This document shows positions 8,402-17,184 of a stretch of DNA of 40,011 nt, piece by piece (positions within the stretch are counted from its first letter, which is position 1; each line of letters opens with the position of its first letter). Under the pieces are notes generated by a model that ran no database searches, was not told where the DNA came from, and was given only the letters and a program-made list of their open reading frames with translations. The DNA comes from Candidatus Bathyarchaeia archaeon (GTDB lineage Archaea > Thermoproteota > Bathyarchaeia > 40CM-2-53-6): assembly GCA_049697135.1 (NCBI GenBank), contig JBAVVE010000061.1, forward strand, positions 1-40,011, read 5' to 3'. The translations under genes were made by a program, and so were the position numbers.

Positions 8402-8920
8402 ATGCGGCCCCCCAAGAAACAGCTGTTTGAGCTGAGTGGCCGTGATGTTGCTCTTGCGTTTGCGATAGGTGTCATAGGTTTCGTCTTCAGTACACGGACT
8501 TGGCTTCTGTTCTTGAGTGGTCTCGATGTGGTGTTGGGCTGCTTGATGTACTACATCGTCTTGTATGCCACGTTGCTCGTCTTCAGTAGGATGAAGTTGA
8601 TAGTCTTCGCTCCCAAAATTGGCAATGTGCGCGGAACAGTAGGCCTAGTGTTGTTGACATTCGCGCTGTTCGTGACAGTGAACTGGGAAAACCCATATGT
8701 GCAGTACATCACAACAGGTAGCTTCGGCGGTGCGAGTCCAATCTTGTTTCAAGCGGAAGATGGGGTAGCGTGGCTCTTCGTGACGCAAGTGCTTGGGGTG
8801 CTTGGAATAGTAGACATTGAAGTCGCACGAATCTTCGCGTTCTCCATCGTGCCCGCACTTGTGGCACTTGTGGGTCTATCCCTAATTGGCGGCAGAGTCA
8901 AACTGAATGCATTCGCATGA
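8402..8920 (+). CDS. integral membrane protein
   Basis: 172 aa, 4-5 TM helices, starting 2 nt after the upstream stop. Confidence 0.65.
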   Translation: MRPPKKQLFELSGRDVALAFAIGVIGFVFSTRTWLLFLSGLDVVLGCLMYYIVLYATLLVFSRMKLIVFAPKIGNVRGTVGLVLLTFALFVTVNWENPYVQYITTGSFGGASPILFQAEDGVAWLFVTQVLGVLGIVDIEVARIFAFSIVPALVALVGLSLIGGRVKLNAFA

Positions 8921-9866
8921 ATTTCTCGTCCTGCGCTGCGCTGTCTTACCCCAACGTCATTTTCATACTAGAGGTCGATATGTAGTGAGAAATGCTGGGG
9001 TATTCGCCCTCATTCTTGTTGTTGGAGCCGCTTTTCTAACGCAATCTAACGCACAGGTGCCTGCTTGGGAGCAGGTGTCAGTTAGTGAGCTTCTGGGCAA
9101 TCCATCGAACTATGCTGGGCATCTCGTGAGGGCAGGTGGCTATATCGTAGAATGCACATGTTCTGCTCCCAGTCTCGATTGCCCGTTCGGTTGTCCGAAA
9201 TACAGTCTCTACGAAGCCACTCACGAAGTCGCAGCAGTCATTCCAACCGATCCTAATATCGCGTTGAGTTGGTCGGAAACTGTTGATCCTCTAGTTTCGT
9301 TTGTTCAGTTCACCTATGATGGACAACAAATTGTCCAACATGCATCTGGTGTTCCGAGAACGGTCTGGATCATAGGTACGTTCCTAGACAGAGAACGAAT
9401 CATGGATGCTCCTCGATACATCATCATTGTTAGCAGCATCTCTTGGTATGAAACTGTGACGTTATGTCAGCCGAATTGTGTGTATCCGAGTGTTCCAGAC
9501 TATGAACATTGTACCTGCGTATCGCCAACTACTCAGACCACGACTCCTGCGTGTCCTCCATACCAGTGTCCAATCGGTCAAGTCTACGACGCAAGTTGCC
9601 ATTGCGTATCACCCGTTTCACTGTGTAATCCAAATTGCGCGTACCCCGCTATTCCAGACTACGAGCATTGCACATGTGTCGCCCCTTCAACGACGACAGC
9701 GGTTTCTTTATGTCAGCCGAATTGTGTGTATCCAAGTGTTCCAGACTATGAGCACTGCACTTGTGTAACGCAGACACCTAACCCGATCGTGAAGGCATGG
9801 AATGGCTTCTGGAACTCACTCCGTTGCCTCTTCCCATTCCTGGGGCCCTGCTTGCCTCAAAGTTAG
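8907..9866 (+). CDS. secreted Cys-rich repeat protein
   Basis: 319 aa with a signal/anchor (VFALILVVGAAFL). It has three copies of the module LC(Q/N)PNC(V/A)YP(S/A)(V/I)PDYEHCTCV plus a related CPPYQCPIGQVYDASCHCV. Confidence 0.7.
   Translation: MHSHEFLVLRCAVLPQRHFHTRGRYVVRNAGVFALILVVGAAFLTQSNAQVPAWEQVSVSELLGNPSNYAGHLVRAGGYIVECTCSAPSLDCPFGCPKYSLYEATHEVAAVIPTDPNIALSWSETVDPLVSFVQFTYDGQQIVQHASGVPRTVWIIGTFLDRERIMDAPRYIIIVSSISWYETVTLCQPNCVYPSVPDYEHCTCVSPTTQTTTPACPPYQCPIGQVYDASCHCVSPVSLCNPNCAYPAIPDYEHCTCVAPSTTTAVSLCQPNCVYPSVPDYEHCTCVTQTPNPIVKAWNGFWNSLRCLFPFLGPCLPQS
9462..9768 (+). repeat. in-frame DNA repeats encoding the CxPNCxYPxxPDYEHCTC module
   Basis: 9462-9522 and 9708-9768 are near-identical (TTATGTCAGCCGAATTGTGTGTATCC.AGTGTTCCAGACTATGA.CA.TG.AC.TG). 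A diverged copy lies at 9621-9683. Confidence 0.8.
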
Positions 9867-10290
9867 TGGTTTCTTCTCTCGTAGTCGCCGTCTCTCGGCT
9901 TGCTAGGTACGGGGTTTCCGCTCGTCTCTTCCGTTCAGCTTCCCCTAATTTTGTGTGTGGGGGTCGCGTCACGTGTTGCCGACTATCCGTACCTGGTAAG
10001 GGTACTCACCATCCGTACCGACCATCCGTACCCCCGCGTGTGTTCATGTTTCATGTTTCACGTGAAAGGACAGGACGACCAAGGACGACCCGCGAACCGT
10101 AGAGCGCCCACGGAAAACCAAACAAAAAACACCAAAAGGAGAACGTAGAGAGGAGAGACAACGGACGACGCTAACAGACGACGCCGACGCCGAGGCCGAG
10201 CCTATCTCTCTCTTGTCTTGTCGGTTCCAGCGTATCGAATAACTTATATGCAAACCATATACCCCTTAAGGGCATAGGCGCGAAAGGGAA
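9867..10290. promoter_or_regulatory. 424-bp non-coding region with iterons, a perfect palindrome and a pyrimidine-to-purine strand switch (candidate origin or control hub)
   Basis: ATCCGTACC x3 (9985, 10011, 10024). CATGTTT x2 in tandem (10045-10058). TTTCACGTGAAA at 10056-10067. AGGACGACC x2 (10072, 10082). Only 4 T in 10061-10200, whereas 9867-9960 is T/C-rich. TATA-like AACTTATATG near 10240. Track ORFs here are short, overlapping and low-complexity. Confidence 0.45.
10056..10067. promoter_or_regulatory. perfect 12-bp palindrome TTTCACGTGAAA (symmetric form of the TTWCA-SS-TGWAA motif)
   Basis: Read directly from the sequence. It shares both half-sites with the over-represented coding-region motif. 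Confidence 0.6.
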
Positions 10291-10896
10291 TTGAGTAGAA
10301 CCGACGCCCAGCCAGACGTAAACGTGACTCTGAAAGGTCACGTGATAGCTTATGACCTTCCGGCGGAAGACCGGACCGACTTGAAAAAAATCCCAGAAGC
10401 ATATCACAAAGTAGCCAACGCACGAATCAGAAGCACCACCGCATTACACGCGCTCGGATTATGCGCCACTCAGTCAGTAGTTCTCACAACGAAACCCGAA
10501 ACGGTCATCAAAGAGACTTTCGAGAAAGTGCATAGCTTCTATCAGGACGCGAACGCAGCCCTTAGAGTATTGGGACTTGGAGAACTTGGAGAGCCGGACC
10601 TTAGACCGATCAAGATTCTCGAAGCGCAGTACATGGATTTCAAAAGTCTAGCAGAAGCGAAGCTCTCCAAGAGCCTCGATAAGACGATAAACGAACTTGC
10701 AGCGCTCGCCCAGTCAATCGAGAACCTAACCGGGGAGGCTCTCGATAAAGTCATTGTGAGTTTGAACAGAAAAGAAAAGCCACTCACACAAGCCCAAGCA
10801 CTCGCCAAGGAATTAGGAGTGGACCTCTCCGACAAGTTTAGCCTTGTCGAACAACTCACCAAGACCGTGTACGCCAAAGCCGGGATCTCCGCATGA
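10291..10896 (+). CDS. hypothetical protein, first gene of the MoxR-VWA operon
   Basis: 201 aa, helical/coiled, with a TTG start. Its stop overlaps the next start (ATGA at 10893-10896). Confidence 0.55.
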   Translation: MSRTDAQPDVNVTLKGHVIAYDLPAEDRTDLKKIPEAYHKVANARIRSTTALHALGLCATQSVVLTTKPETVIKETFEKVHSFYQDANAALRVLGLGELGEPDLRPIKILEAQYMDFKSLAEAKLSKSLDKTINELAALAQSIENLTGEALDKVIVSLNRKEKPLTQAQALAKELGVDLSDKFSLVEQLTKTVYAKAGISA

Positions 10897-11003
10897 CCGT
10901 CGAAGACATGATACAGCGTTTTCCGGACCTGAAAACCGAATACCTAGAAATGCTAACCCCGAGAGCCCGGCGTGATCTTCAAAGGTTGGCGCGTCTCGAA
11001 TGA
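10893..11003 (+). CDS. 36-aa coupled micro-ORF
   Basis: MTVEDMIQRFPDLKTEYLEMLTPRARRDLQRLARLE. It has ATGA overlaps at both ends (10893-10896 and 11000-11003). It is below the track cutoff. Confidence 0.4.
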   Translation: MTVEDMIQRFPDLKTEYLEMLTPRARRDLQRLARLE

Positions 11004-12487
11004 TCAACAAGGACCTATACGCGAAACTCTGCGAGACTCGGAGACTGATCGAAACCGCATTTTTCCATGACGCATATTATCTTGTAACGGTCCTCGCAGC
11101 TTTTGTCAGCCGCTCACATATCTGTCTCTTAGGGACACGTGGAACCGGGAAGACTCACTTAGCGAAATGCCTCTTGCGAACCGTAGACCCCTCGATCACC
11201 GCAACGCAACAAGGGTATCTTAGCGCCGATTTCGAGCAAGTTTTGGCAGCGCCGAAAGTCGCCCAGCTGATGCTAGGAATCGAAGAAGTGACTTTTCGGA
11301 AACTTGCCACCGCTCGCCTTAAGATGATCGACGAAATTCAAAGGCTCGGAATGGCCGCACTATCCGCTTTCTTCAGAATACTAGACGACGGAGCAGTTGA
11401 GTATCTAGGCCAGGAGCGCCAAGTGGAAGAACACTTTACGATAGCGACAGCGAACCCAACAGAGAGAGACAGCGACACCCTCAATATCACAATTCCAGAG
11501 CCCCTCTGGGATCGTTTCGCCGCTGTGATCTGGGTCCCCATAGCTCGGCTCAAGGACCAAATGAAGATTAACGGTAACGTCAAGAAAGCGCTCGACGCCA
11601 TACAGCCGATATGGACCGAAAAGGACCTCTTAGCCCTCTGGAATGATGTTAGAGAGAACGTGACGGTCAGTAAGGAACTAGAGTACACTACAACCCTGAT
11701 GCTTCGTATTCCGTCGATCTGTATCAAGGGACAAGGGTTAGACGGTTCGAGCCTTGAACCTGAAAAGAAAAGAGCAAAGTGCGCAGAGTGTAACCAAAAC
11801 TATCTCTGTTCAAAAGTTCTCACACCCCCCTCGTTACGCTTGAAACTTGCATATCTCGAAATGTCGAAAGGGTTCGCCTATGTGGACGGACGGGACAGCG
11901 TCAACATGAAAGACCTTGAAGACGCTTTCCCAGTGGTTTTTTGGAAGCGCATAGTCTTCATGGACGAGGACGAGATAACGGACAGGCTCACAGCGCTCCG
12001 GGCTTTCTTCAAACTACTGACCAAGGAAATGCACGAGGCACAAGAAGCGGTGGAACTTGCCTATGAACTGAAACAGAAATACACAGCTGCGAAAATGCAG
12101 GAGCTAGAGACAGCAGCGAAGGCGAAAGTTTGGCTTATTGAGGCAGTAGATGACGTGAAAAGTCACCAAGAACACCTTAGAGCCCAGCTGAAAACGAGAC
12201 ACGCACAAGCGAAACAGAAGAATGACTCAGAGGAATTAAGCAAGATTAGCGACCTAGCCAGCGAAGTATTACCCCCGCAAGACGCTAAAGCCTTTCATCA
12301 CAACGAACCCCAGACGATCACCCTAACCGCTCAGACAGTCGCAGGACTCGCAGCGGTAGACCTTGAACTCTTCAAGCGTGCAAAAGCCGCATTTGACGCC
12401 AAACAGACAACCATGACCCTAACCGACGAAGAGGCCCGGCGAGTACGAGCAAAGCGCACGAAACCAAGCAAACAAAAAGCCAAGTGA
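11000..12487 (+). CDS. MoxR-like AAA+ ATPase with a C-terminal coiled-coil extension
   Basis: Walker A is LLGTRGTGKTHLAK, Walker B is LKMIDEIQRL, and sensor-1 is FTIATANPTE. The order and spacing are typical of MoxR/AAA_3-AAA_5. About 170 aa of the C-terminus is Lys/Glu/Ala-rich. Confidence 0.85.
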   Translation: MINKDLYAKLCETRRLIETAFFHDAYYLVTVLAAFVSRSHICLLGTRGTGKTHLAKCLLRTVDPSITATQQGYLSADFEQVLAAPKVAQLMLGIEEVTFRKLATARLKMIDEIQRLGMAALSAFFRILDDGAVEYLGQERQVEEHFTIATANPTERDSDTLNITIPEPLWDRFAAVIWVPIARLKDQMKINGNVKKALDAIQPIWTEKDLLALWNDVRENVTVSKELEYTTTLMLRIPSICIKGQGLDGSSLEPEKKRAKCAECNQNYLCSKVLTPPSLRLKLAYLEMSKGFAYVDGRDSVNMKDLEDAFPVVFWKRIVFMDEDEITDRLTALRAFFKLLTKEMHEAQEAVELAYELKQKYTAAKMQELETAAKAKVWLIEAVDDVKSHQEHLRAQLKTRHAQAKQKNDSEELSKISDLASEVLPPQDAKAFHHNEPQTITLTAQTVAGLAAVDLELFKRAKAAFDAKQTTMTLTDEEARRVRAKRTKPSKQKAK

Positions 12488-12493
12488 TCAAGA

Positions 12494-12814
12494 ATGAGTA
12501 GCCAAAACGCAGAGCAAGCCAACACGAAACACGCAGACGAGCTGAGAAAGCTCGGTGAAATATTCGGGCCCTTTATGCCAAGTATGCCCCGCTACAACTA
12601 TTGGACGCTAAACCTTGGAAAAGGAAAGGCAACCTACGCATTTGGCTGGACGACTGAAAGAGACTCGGACGGGAAATTCTCGGCTTTCATCTACCGAATA
12701 GTGAAGAAAGGCAAGACCTGGAAGCTATTGAAGTCTCTGAGCTACCGCAGACGAAAGGTTGCGAAAGCCAAAGCCTTGTCTTGGTACGAGAGCCGCCGCA
12801 AGACCTTGGACTGA
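12494..12814 (+). CDS. hypothetical small basic protein
   Basis: 106 aa, lying between the ATPase and the VWA gene on the same strand, with a 6-nt gap. Confidence 0.55.
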   Translation: MSSQNAEQANTKHADELRKLGEIFGPFMPSMPRYNYWTLNLGKGKATYAFGWTTERDSDGKFSAFIYRIVKKGKTWKLLKSLSYRRRKVAKAKALSWYESRRKTLD

Positions 12815-12844
12815 GAGCACGGAAGGAAGGAGAGACAAGCCCCT

Positions 12845-14683
12845 ATGATTCTTGATAACGATTTCCCAGAATACACCGAGACCGCCGAGAAGATAGATCG
12901 AGAACTCGCATACGTCAACTTCATTATTAGAAGACTCAACGAGGACAAGGTGCCTTATGTCCGGAACGGGATTATCTACATCCCAGAAAAGAAAGGCCCA
13001 GGTAGATTCAGCGCCGACATAACCCACGAAGGCGCCCACCTTGTCCGGGACCCAATCACCTACCCGGATTATGCAGAAGGGATTCACGCGATACACTCAC
13101 TTGTATGTCCCAATGACATGCGCGAAGCGGCAGACCTCGCTAATCGAGCCTCAGACCTCATTATCGAGAACTGGATTAGCCGCAGAAGTAAGACGCTCCG
13201 GGAAATTATGTTACCGGATATTCTCGCGTTATGGCGTGCGCACTCTTCTAACAAGGACCCGAAATGGCTCGCCCTCATGCAAGCATACGGGCAAATATAC
13301 GGACTTCGAGAAATTCCGCTTACTATGCCTGATTTCTGGGAAAAGATCAAGACCGCACTAAGAGACCCGGATCGTCTCAGCAAGTACGTTAAGATCGCTC
13401 AAGCTTTCACAGAATTACCGAGCACCCCAGCCCCGCCCCCAGAAGACGAGAAGCCACAAGAGAACCAGTCCGGAGAAGGCGAGCAGGAGCAGAGTCAGGA
13501 TCAGCAGCAGAGCGGAAGCGGACAGAGCAAGGACGAAGACAAGGGCCAAGACGAACAAGGGTCCGGCGACGAAGAAGAGGACACGGACGCAGACGACGAC
13601 AAAGACGGAGAGGACGAAGACGGAGAAGGCGACCGACAAGAAAAACAAAAAACAAAACACCAAAGCGAAAGCGAACAGACAGAAGAAGAGGACAAAGGAG
13701 AATATGAGGCCCGCCCCGCAGAACCAGACGCCCCGATCAATCCCACTCACGAAGACATGCAAACCGCTATTGAGACCGCTATGCAGAACAGTCAAGACGA
13801 TAGCGAGCTTAGAGAACGACTTGAAGAACTCAGCGCGATAGGTGCAGGTGTCGGAGCGGAAGAACTTCAAGAACTCCAGAACGATCAGTGGTTGAGGATT
13901 CTCCGATTCTACGAGACGAAAGCCGCGAAGATCACGTTAGCTATAGATTTTCCGAAGAGAGCAAGCCGCACAGCAACCGAGTTATCCACTCGGAAATGGC
14001 GCTTTAGCGATGGACTTCAAGCGATAGATCACGCAGCCACGATAATGAAGAAAGGCATTAACGTGCCTCTTGTCACAGCGCAGACCCCGCAGACCTTCAA
14101 CCGTGTAAGGCTTGATCGGAGAGGCCGAGAATCCCGCCCCTTAATCATGTCTTTTGATTGCTCCGGCTCAACCGGGCCACGTTTCGGAACTATGCGAGAG
14201 ATTAGGGACTGGGAAGCGATAACATTCTTAGCGATTCTTCGCCAAGCGAGGAAACTCGGTCAACAGATCGGATTTGATTTCTGGCATGACTACTTAGCGA
14301 AAGAAGCGAAGCCAACAGACCCCCGACAATTCACAGAGCTAAAGCGCCAATTCTTCCAGAACTACCCGGGCCCAATGTACGGAACCAGCATCACCCCAGC
14401 CCTACACAAAATAAAACAAAAACCAGACGAGGCATTCATGCTCATTACAGACGGAATAATCTCAGAGGGACGCGAACAACTCAGCAACGAAGCTAGAGGC
14501 ATATCAAATACGCTCGTTCTAATCTTCGCTCAGTTTGACCCGGACGCAGCCCAAAACCAAAGAGACGAGTACGTGCCAGCGTTTCAAGAAGCATTTGGCG
14601 CTAACCGGGTCCTCTTCATCGAGAAACTAACCGACTTGCCTAAGATCGCGTTAAAGTCTTGGAGGGACTGGTTTTGGGCGTGA
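12845..14683 (+). CDS. HExxH metallopeptidase-like N-domain + acidic linker + VWA (MIDAS) domain protein
   Basis: HEGAH motif (ITHEGAHLVRD). About 100 aa of D/E/Q/G/S low complexity (nt ~13430-13720). The C-terminal LIMSFDCSGSTG (DxSxS MIDAS) and MLITDGII resemble the DUF2201-type partner of MoxR ATPases. Confidence 0.8.
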   Translation: MILDNDFPEYTETAEKIDRELAYVNFIIRRLNEDKVPYVRNGIIYIPEKKGPGRFSADITHEGAHLVRDPITYPDYAEGIHAIHSLVCPNDMREAADLANRASDLIIENWISRRSKTLREIMLPDILALWRAHSSNKDPKWLALMQAYGQIYGLREIPLTMPDFWEKIKTALRDPDRLSKYVKIAQAFTELPSTPAPPPEDEKPQENQSGEGEQEQSQDQQQSGSGQSKDEDKGQDEQGSGDEEEDTDADDDKDGEDEDGEGDRQEKQKTKHQSESEQTEEEDKGEYEARPAEPDAPINPTHEDMQTAIETAMQNSQDDSELRERLEELSAIGAGVGAEELQELQNDQWLRILRFYETKAAKITLAIDFPKRASRTATELSTRKWRFSDGLQAIDHAATIMKKGINVPLVTAQTPQTFNRVRLDRRGRESRPLIMSFDCSGSTGPRFGTMREIRDWEAITFLAILRQARKLGQQIGFDFWHDYLAKEAKPTDPRQFTELKRQFFQNYPGPMYGTSITPALHKIKQKPDEAFMLITDGIISEGREQLSNEARGISNTLVLIFAQFDPDAAQNQRDEYVPAFQEAFGANRVLFIEKLTDLPKIALKSWRDWFWA

Positions 14684-15039
14684 GAAGGCTTTCAGGTGTA
14701 ATTGCGACCGAGTGCCAGTGGTGCTCTCTGGTGCGGTCTTGCCCGGCCTCAAAATTAGAGACACCTGACCATATTCGCTTGGCGTTCGATGATTGGCTAA
14801 CCCGGCTCCGGTTGGGTTCTGAGATCGAAAAGGTTCAGTTGCCGGGTGCTGTTGCGGCAGACCATAAACTAAACTCGCAAGACCTGATACGGTTCTTCCG
14901 GTTGGTGCTCAAAGCCGAGGATTCGCTTTCACCTGTAAATATGCTACCGTACCGAGAAAAGCAGCCACAGATTCCAACACTTACACCTGAAATTGGGCAT
15001 CTTCTCGGGCAACTGTTTCTAGGAGAGGCTGTCGCATGA
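14659..15039 (+). CDS. hypothetical protein
   Basis: 126-aa track ORF. The probable start is GTG 14680, overlapping the VWA stop (GTGA). Its stop overlaps the next start (ATGA 15036-15039). It contains three copies of the dyad motif. Confidence 0.5.
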   Translation: MEGLVLGVRRLSGVIATECQWCSLVRSCPASKLETPDHIRLAFDDWLTRLRLGSEIEKVQLPGAVAADHKLNSQDLIRFFRLVLKAEDSLSPVNMLPYREKQPQIPTLTPEIGHLLGQLFLGEAVA

Positions 15040-15434
15040 ATGTCACTCAGATTTCAATCCCAGTGGCAGAACAGCAATACTATGTCTGTAAATGGGAAGT
15101 GCCGAGTTTCAGTGATCCAAGCAAAGCCTACACTGTGAGCAAGACCGTCTCAGGAGACTATCAGTGCAGTTGTCCGCGCTGGACCAAATCGAAGCTGTAT
15201 CGTCGTCAGCAATGTAAGCACATTGATACTGTGCTGGGTCATCTTCCCCCGTCGCCGCCGCCTCAAAATAAGAGGCAGCCACGAGCGAAGCCCCGAGCGC
15301 CGAAGGCTCCCGTTAGGGTTACACCTGAAAGTGCAGTTGATCCTACCGAGACCGGACGCTTGTTTGGAAAACTGTTTGCGGACGAGGAAGTTCACGAGAC
15401 GACACGGAGAGCAAAGAACACAGTAGAGGCATGA
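15036..15434 (+). CDS. SWIM zinc-finger protein
   Basis: YQCSCPRWTKSKLYRRQQCKHI matches the CxCx(n)CxH SWIM signature. The tail is basic and Pro-rich. Confidence 0.75.
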   Translation: MNVTQISIPVAEQQYYVCKWEVPSFSDPSKAYTVSKTVSGDYQCSCPRWTKSKLYRRQQCKHIDTVLGHLPPSPPPQNKRQPRAKPRAPKAPVRVTPESAVDPTETGRLFGKLFADEEVHETTRRAKNTVEA

Positions 15435-15577
15435 GCAAACATGACTGAGCTATTGGGGGGAAGGCTTATTTCCACGCAAGCCCATTTGGGGTATAGCACA
15501 AAATTAGGGAGAGAATACATCATGTGACCAATAGGCCCGGGCAATCACCCTGACGAGGCCCGGCGAAACTCCCGAGT

Positions 15578-16393
15578 GTGGAGTTGGTGAAAGGTATGAG
15601 TAAAACAGAAACCGTAACCGTGACGCAGCCGCCCGATACTGAGCAGCTACGTCAAGAACTTGAACAGAAATTGTCCGGTGAACAGAAAGGCCAAAAAGGA
15701 AAAAAGGCGTTCGCCGGGTTCGATCTCAAACTCTCTTATGGAAGCAGAAGCGTCAACGTCGATACAGTCGTGAAGTTTGAGAAGCTGGACAGCAAAGAGA
15801 TAGACCAGCGCCTACAAAGCGAAATCTTCGCGGAAGCGGTCTTACCAGACGGTGCTCACGTGTCCGTACATAATGGGTACGCTCCGAAAGGCATGTCTCG
15901 TAAGGCATGGTGGAACCCAGACGAGACACAAGACTATCCAGAAACGATGATACACTGGTTCCAGGAGACAAGCGACGGCAAGTTCGAGGTAACACCGCCC
16001 CCACGCACTACCGAGCTTCAAGGAAAAGACGCTGAGACAATTCCAATGACGCAAGTTGAAGAATGGCTGTCTGAAAGCGAATACACGATATGGGCACACC
16101 CGAAGAAAGGCTCAGTCTCAGCACTCTGGGCAATCGCGGAAGACATGATAAAGACCGATACAGCGCGGAAGTGCGGCCCTTTCAGTTTCGGAGTCAAAAA
16201 CAGCTTCCGTGAATGCTGGGCTATCCTCTATCCGGTGAAGCGTGACGGAGAGTTCCTTCTGAAGATGCGCTTGGCCCGGGTTCACGTACACCTGAAACAT
16301 TTCATGCCAATGCCAATAACGAACGGTACACCAGCCCCGGTCCCGGTCGGTCCGAAGACAACACGGAAAGCCAAACACACACTAGAGGCATAA
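15578..16393 (+). CDS. hypothetical protein (weak Ku-like pattern), first gene of the ligase module
   Basis: 271-aa track ORF. The probable start is ATG 15596 (MSKTETV), behind GGTGAAAGG. The C-terminal half ..SALWAIAEDMIKTDTARKCGPFSFGVKNSFRECWAILYPVKRDGEFLLKMRL.. loosely parallels the bacterial Ku core. This is unverified. Confidence 0.6.
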   Translation: MELVKGMSKTETVTVTQPPDTEQLRQELEQKLSGEQKGQKGKKAFAGFDLKLSYGSRSVNVDTVVKFEKLDSKEIDQRLQSEIFAEAVLPDGAHVSVHNGYAPKGMSRKAWWNPDETQDYPETMIHWFQETSDGKFEVTPPPRTTELQGKDAETIPMTQVEEWLSESEYTIWAHPKKGSVSALWAIAEDMIKTDTARKCGPFSFGVKNSFRECWAILYPVKRDGEFLLKMRLARVHVHLKHFMPMPITNGTPAPVPVGPKTTRKAKHTLEA

Positions 16394-16398
16394 GCAAA

Positions 16399-16755
16399 TT
16401 GGCATTTGTGACAATCGGCCTATCAGGTGGCCTACTAGACTACGTGGAAGCATGGGCAAGCGAGGACTTAGCGAATAAAGACGCGGACCGGATCGCTCGG
16501 ATGTATGGCATTGACCCGAAAGGGAAAAACAGTTGGCACGACGACGACTCAGACGTGTACGTCAATGAGATTCAGCTAGAACCCGAACGCATGACTTCTG
16601 AAGAATGGGGGTTCTTCACGAATTGCTGGCTTGAAGGCATGAAGAAAGTGCGCCTCAGTGACAGTTGGGATTCAAACGATGAATCGCAACGACTACTCAA
16701 CGAAGTGGATCGGAAGCTCCTGAAACTGAAACCCCTACAGGTGAAAGCAGCATGA
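16399..16755 (+). CDS. hypothetical acidic protein
   Basis: 118 aa. Its stop overlaps the next start (ATGA 16752-16755). Confidence 0.55.
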   Translation: MAFVTIGLSGGLLDYVEAWASEDLANKDADRIARMYGIDPKGKNSWHDDDSDVYVNEIQLEPERMTSEEWGFFTNCWLEGMKKVRLSDSWDSNDESQRLLNEVDRKLLKLKPLQVKAA

Positions 16756-17177
16756 CGCTTGAACCTATCTCTGATCCGCTAGAGGCTGTGGATCGGGAGC
16801 TTGCGGAGAATGTTGCTAAGTGGATTCAGTTACGCGGTTCAGAGTTGCCCTACGATCCGACTAATCCCCCGCTGGACATGGACGGAGACGGAGAACCCTG
16901 TGAGGATGCGGCTTGCATGACCGCGCAGATCACAATACCAGTGGCTAAGTGCTATTCATGCGGAGCCGTATTCCCGGCAGGTATCGTGTCGAGGCCGATC
17001 TACTGTCCGGAATGTGGCACAATGAACAGCCGAGCACAAGCGATCAAACGTGCAGACGTACAGGTGTCGGAAATGGGTCTGTGTCTCTCAGAGTACTACA
17101 AGTGGCTAACAGGTCGAGAACCGCCCGAAGGCTGGACTCAGATAGACTTCGAGGAATACTTCCGAGCCGTGTGTTGA
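16752..17177 (+). CDS. zinc-ribbon protein
   Basis: 141 aa with the CYSCGAVF..YCPECG pair. Confidence 0.6.
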   Translation: MTLEPISDPLEAVDRELAENVAKWIQLRGSELPYDPTNPPLDMDGDGEPCEDAACMTAQITIPVAKCYSCGAVFPAGIVSRPIYCPECGTMNSRAQAIKRADVQVSEMGLCLSEYYKWLTGREPPEGWTQIDFEEYFRAVC

Positions 17178-17184
17178 AGTACAG

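Noticed and set aside
13407-13870. Antisense track ORFs (13407-13655, 13415-13870, 13501-13746)
   Set aside because: They are artefacts of the GA-rich polyacidic linker of the VWA gene. Their products are low-complexity Leu/Ser/Phe/Cys strings.
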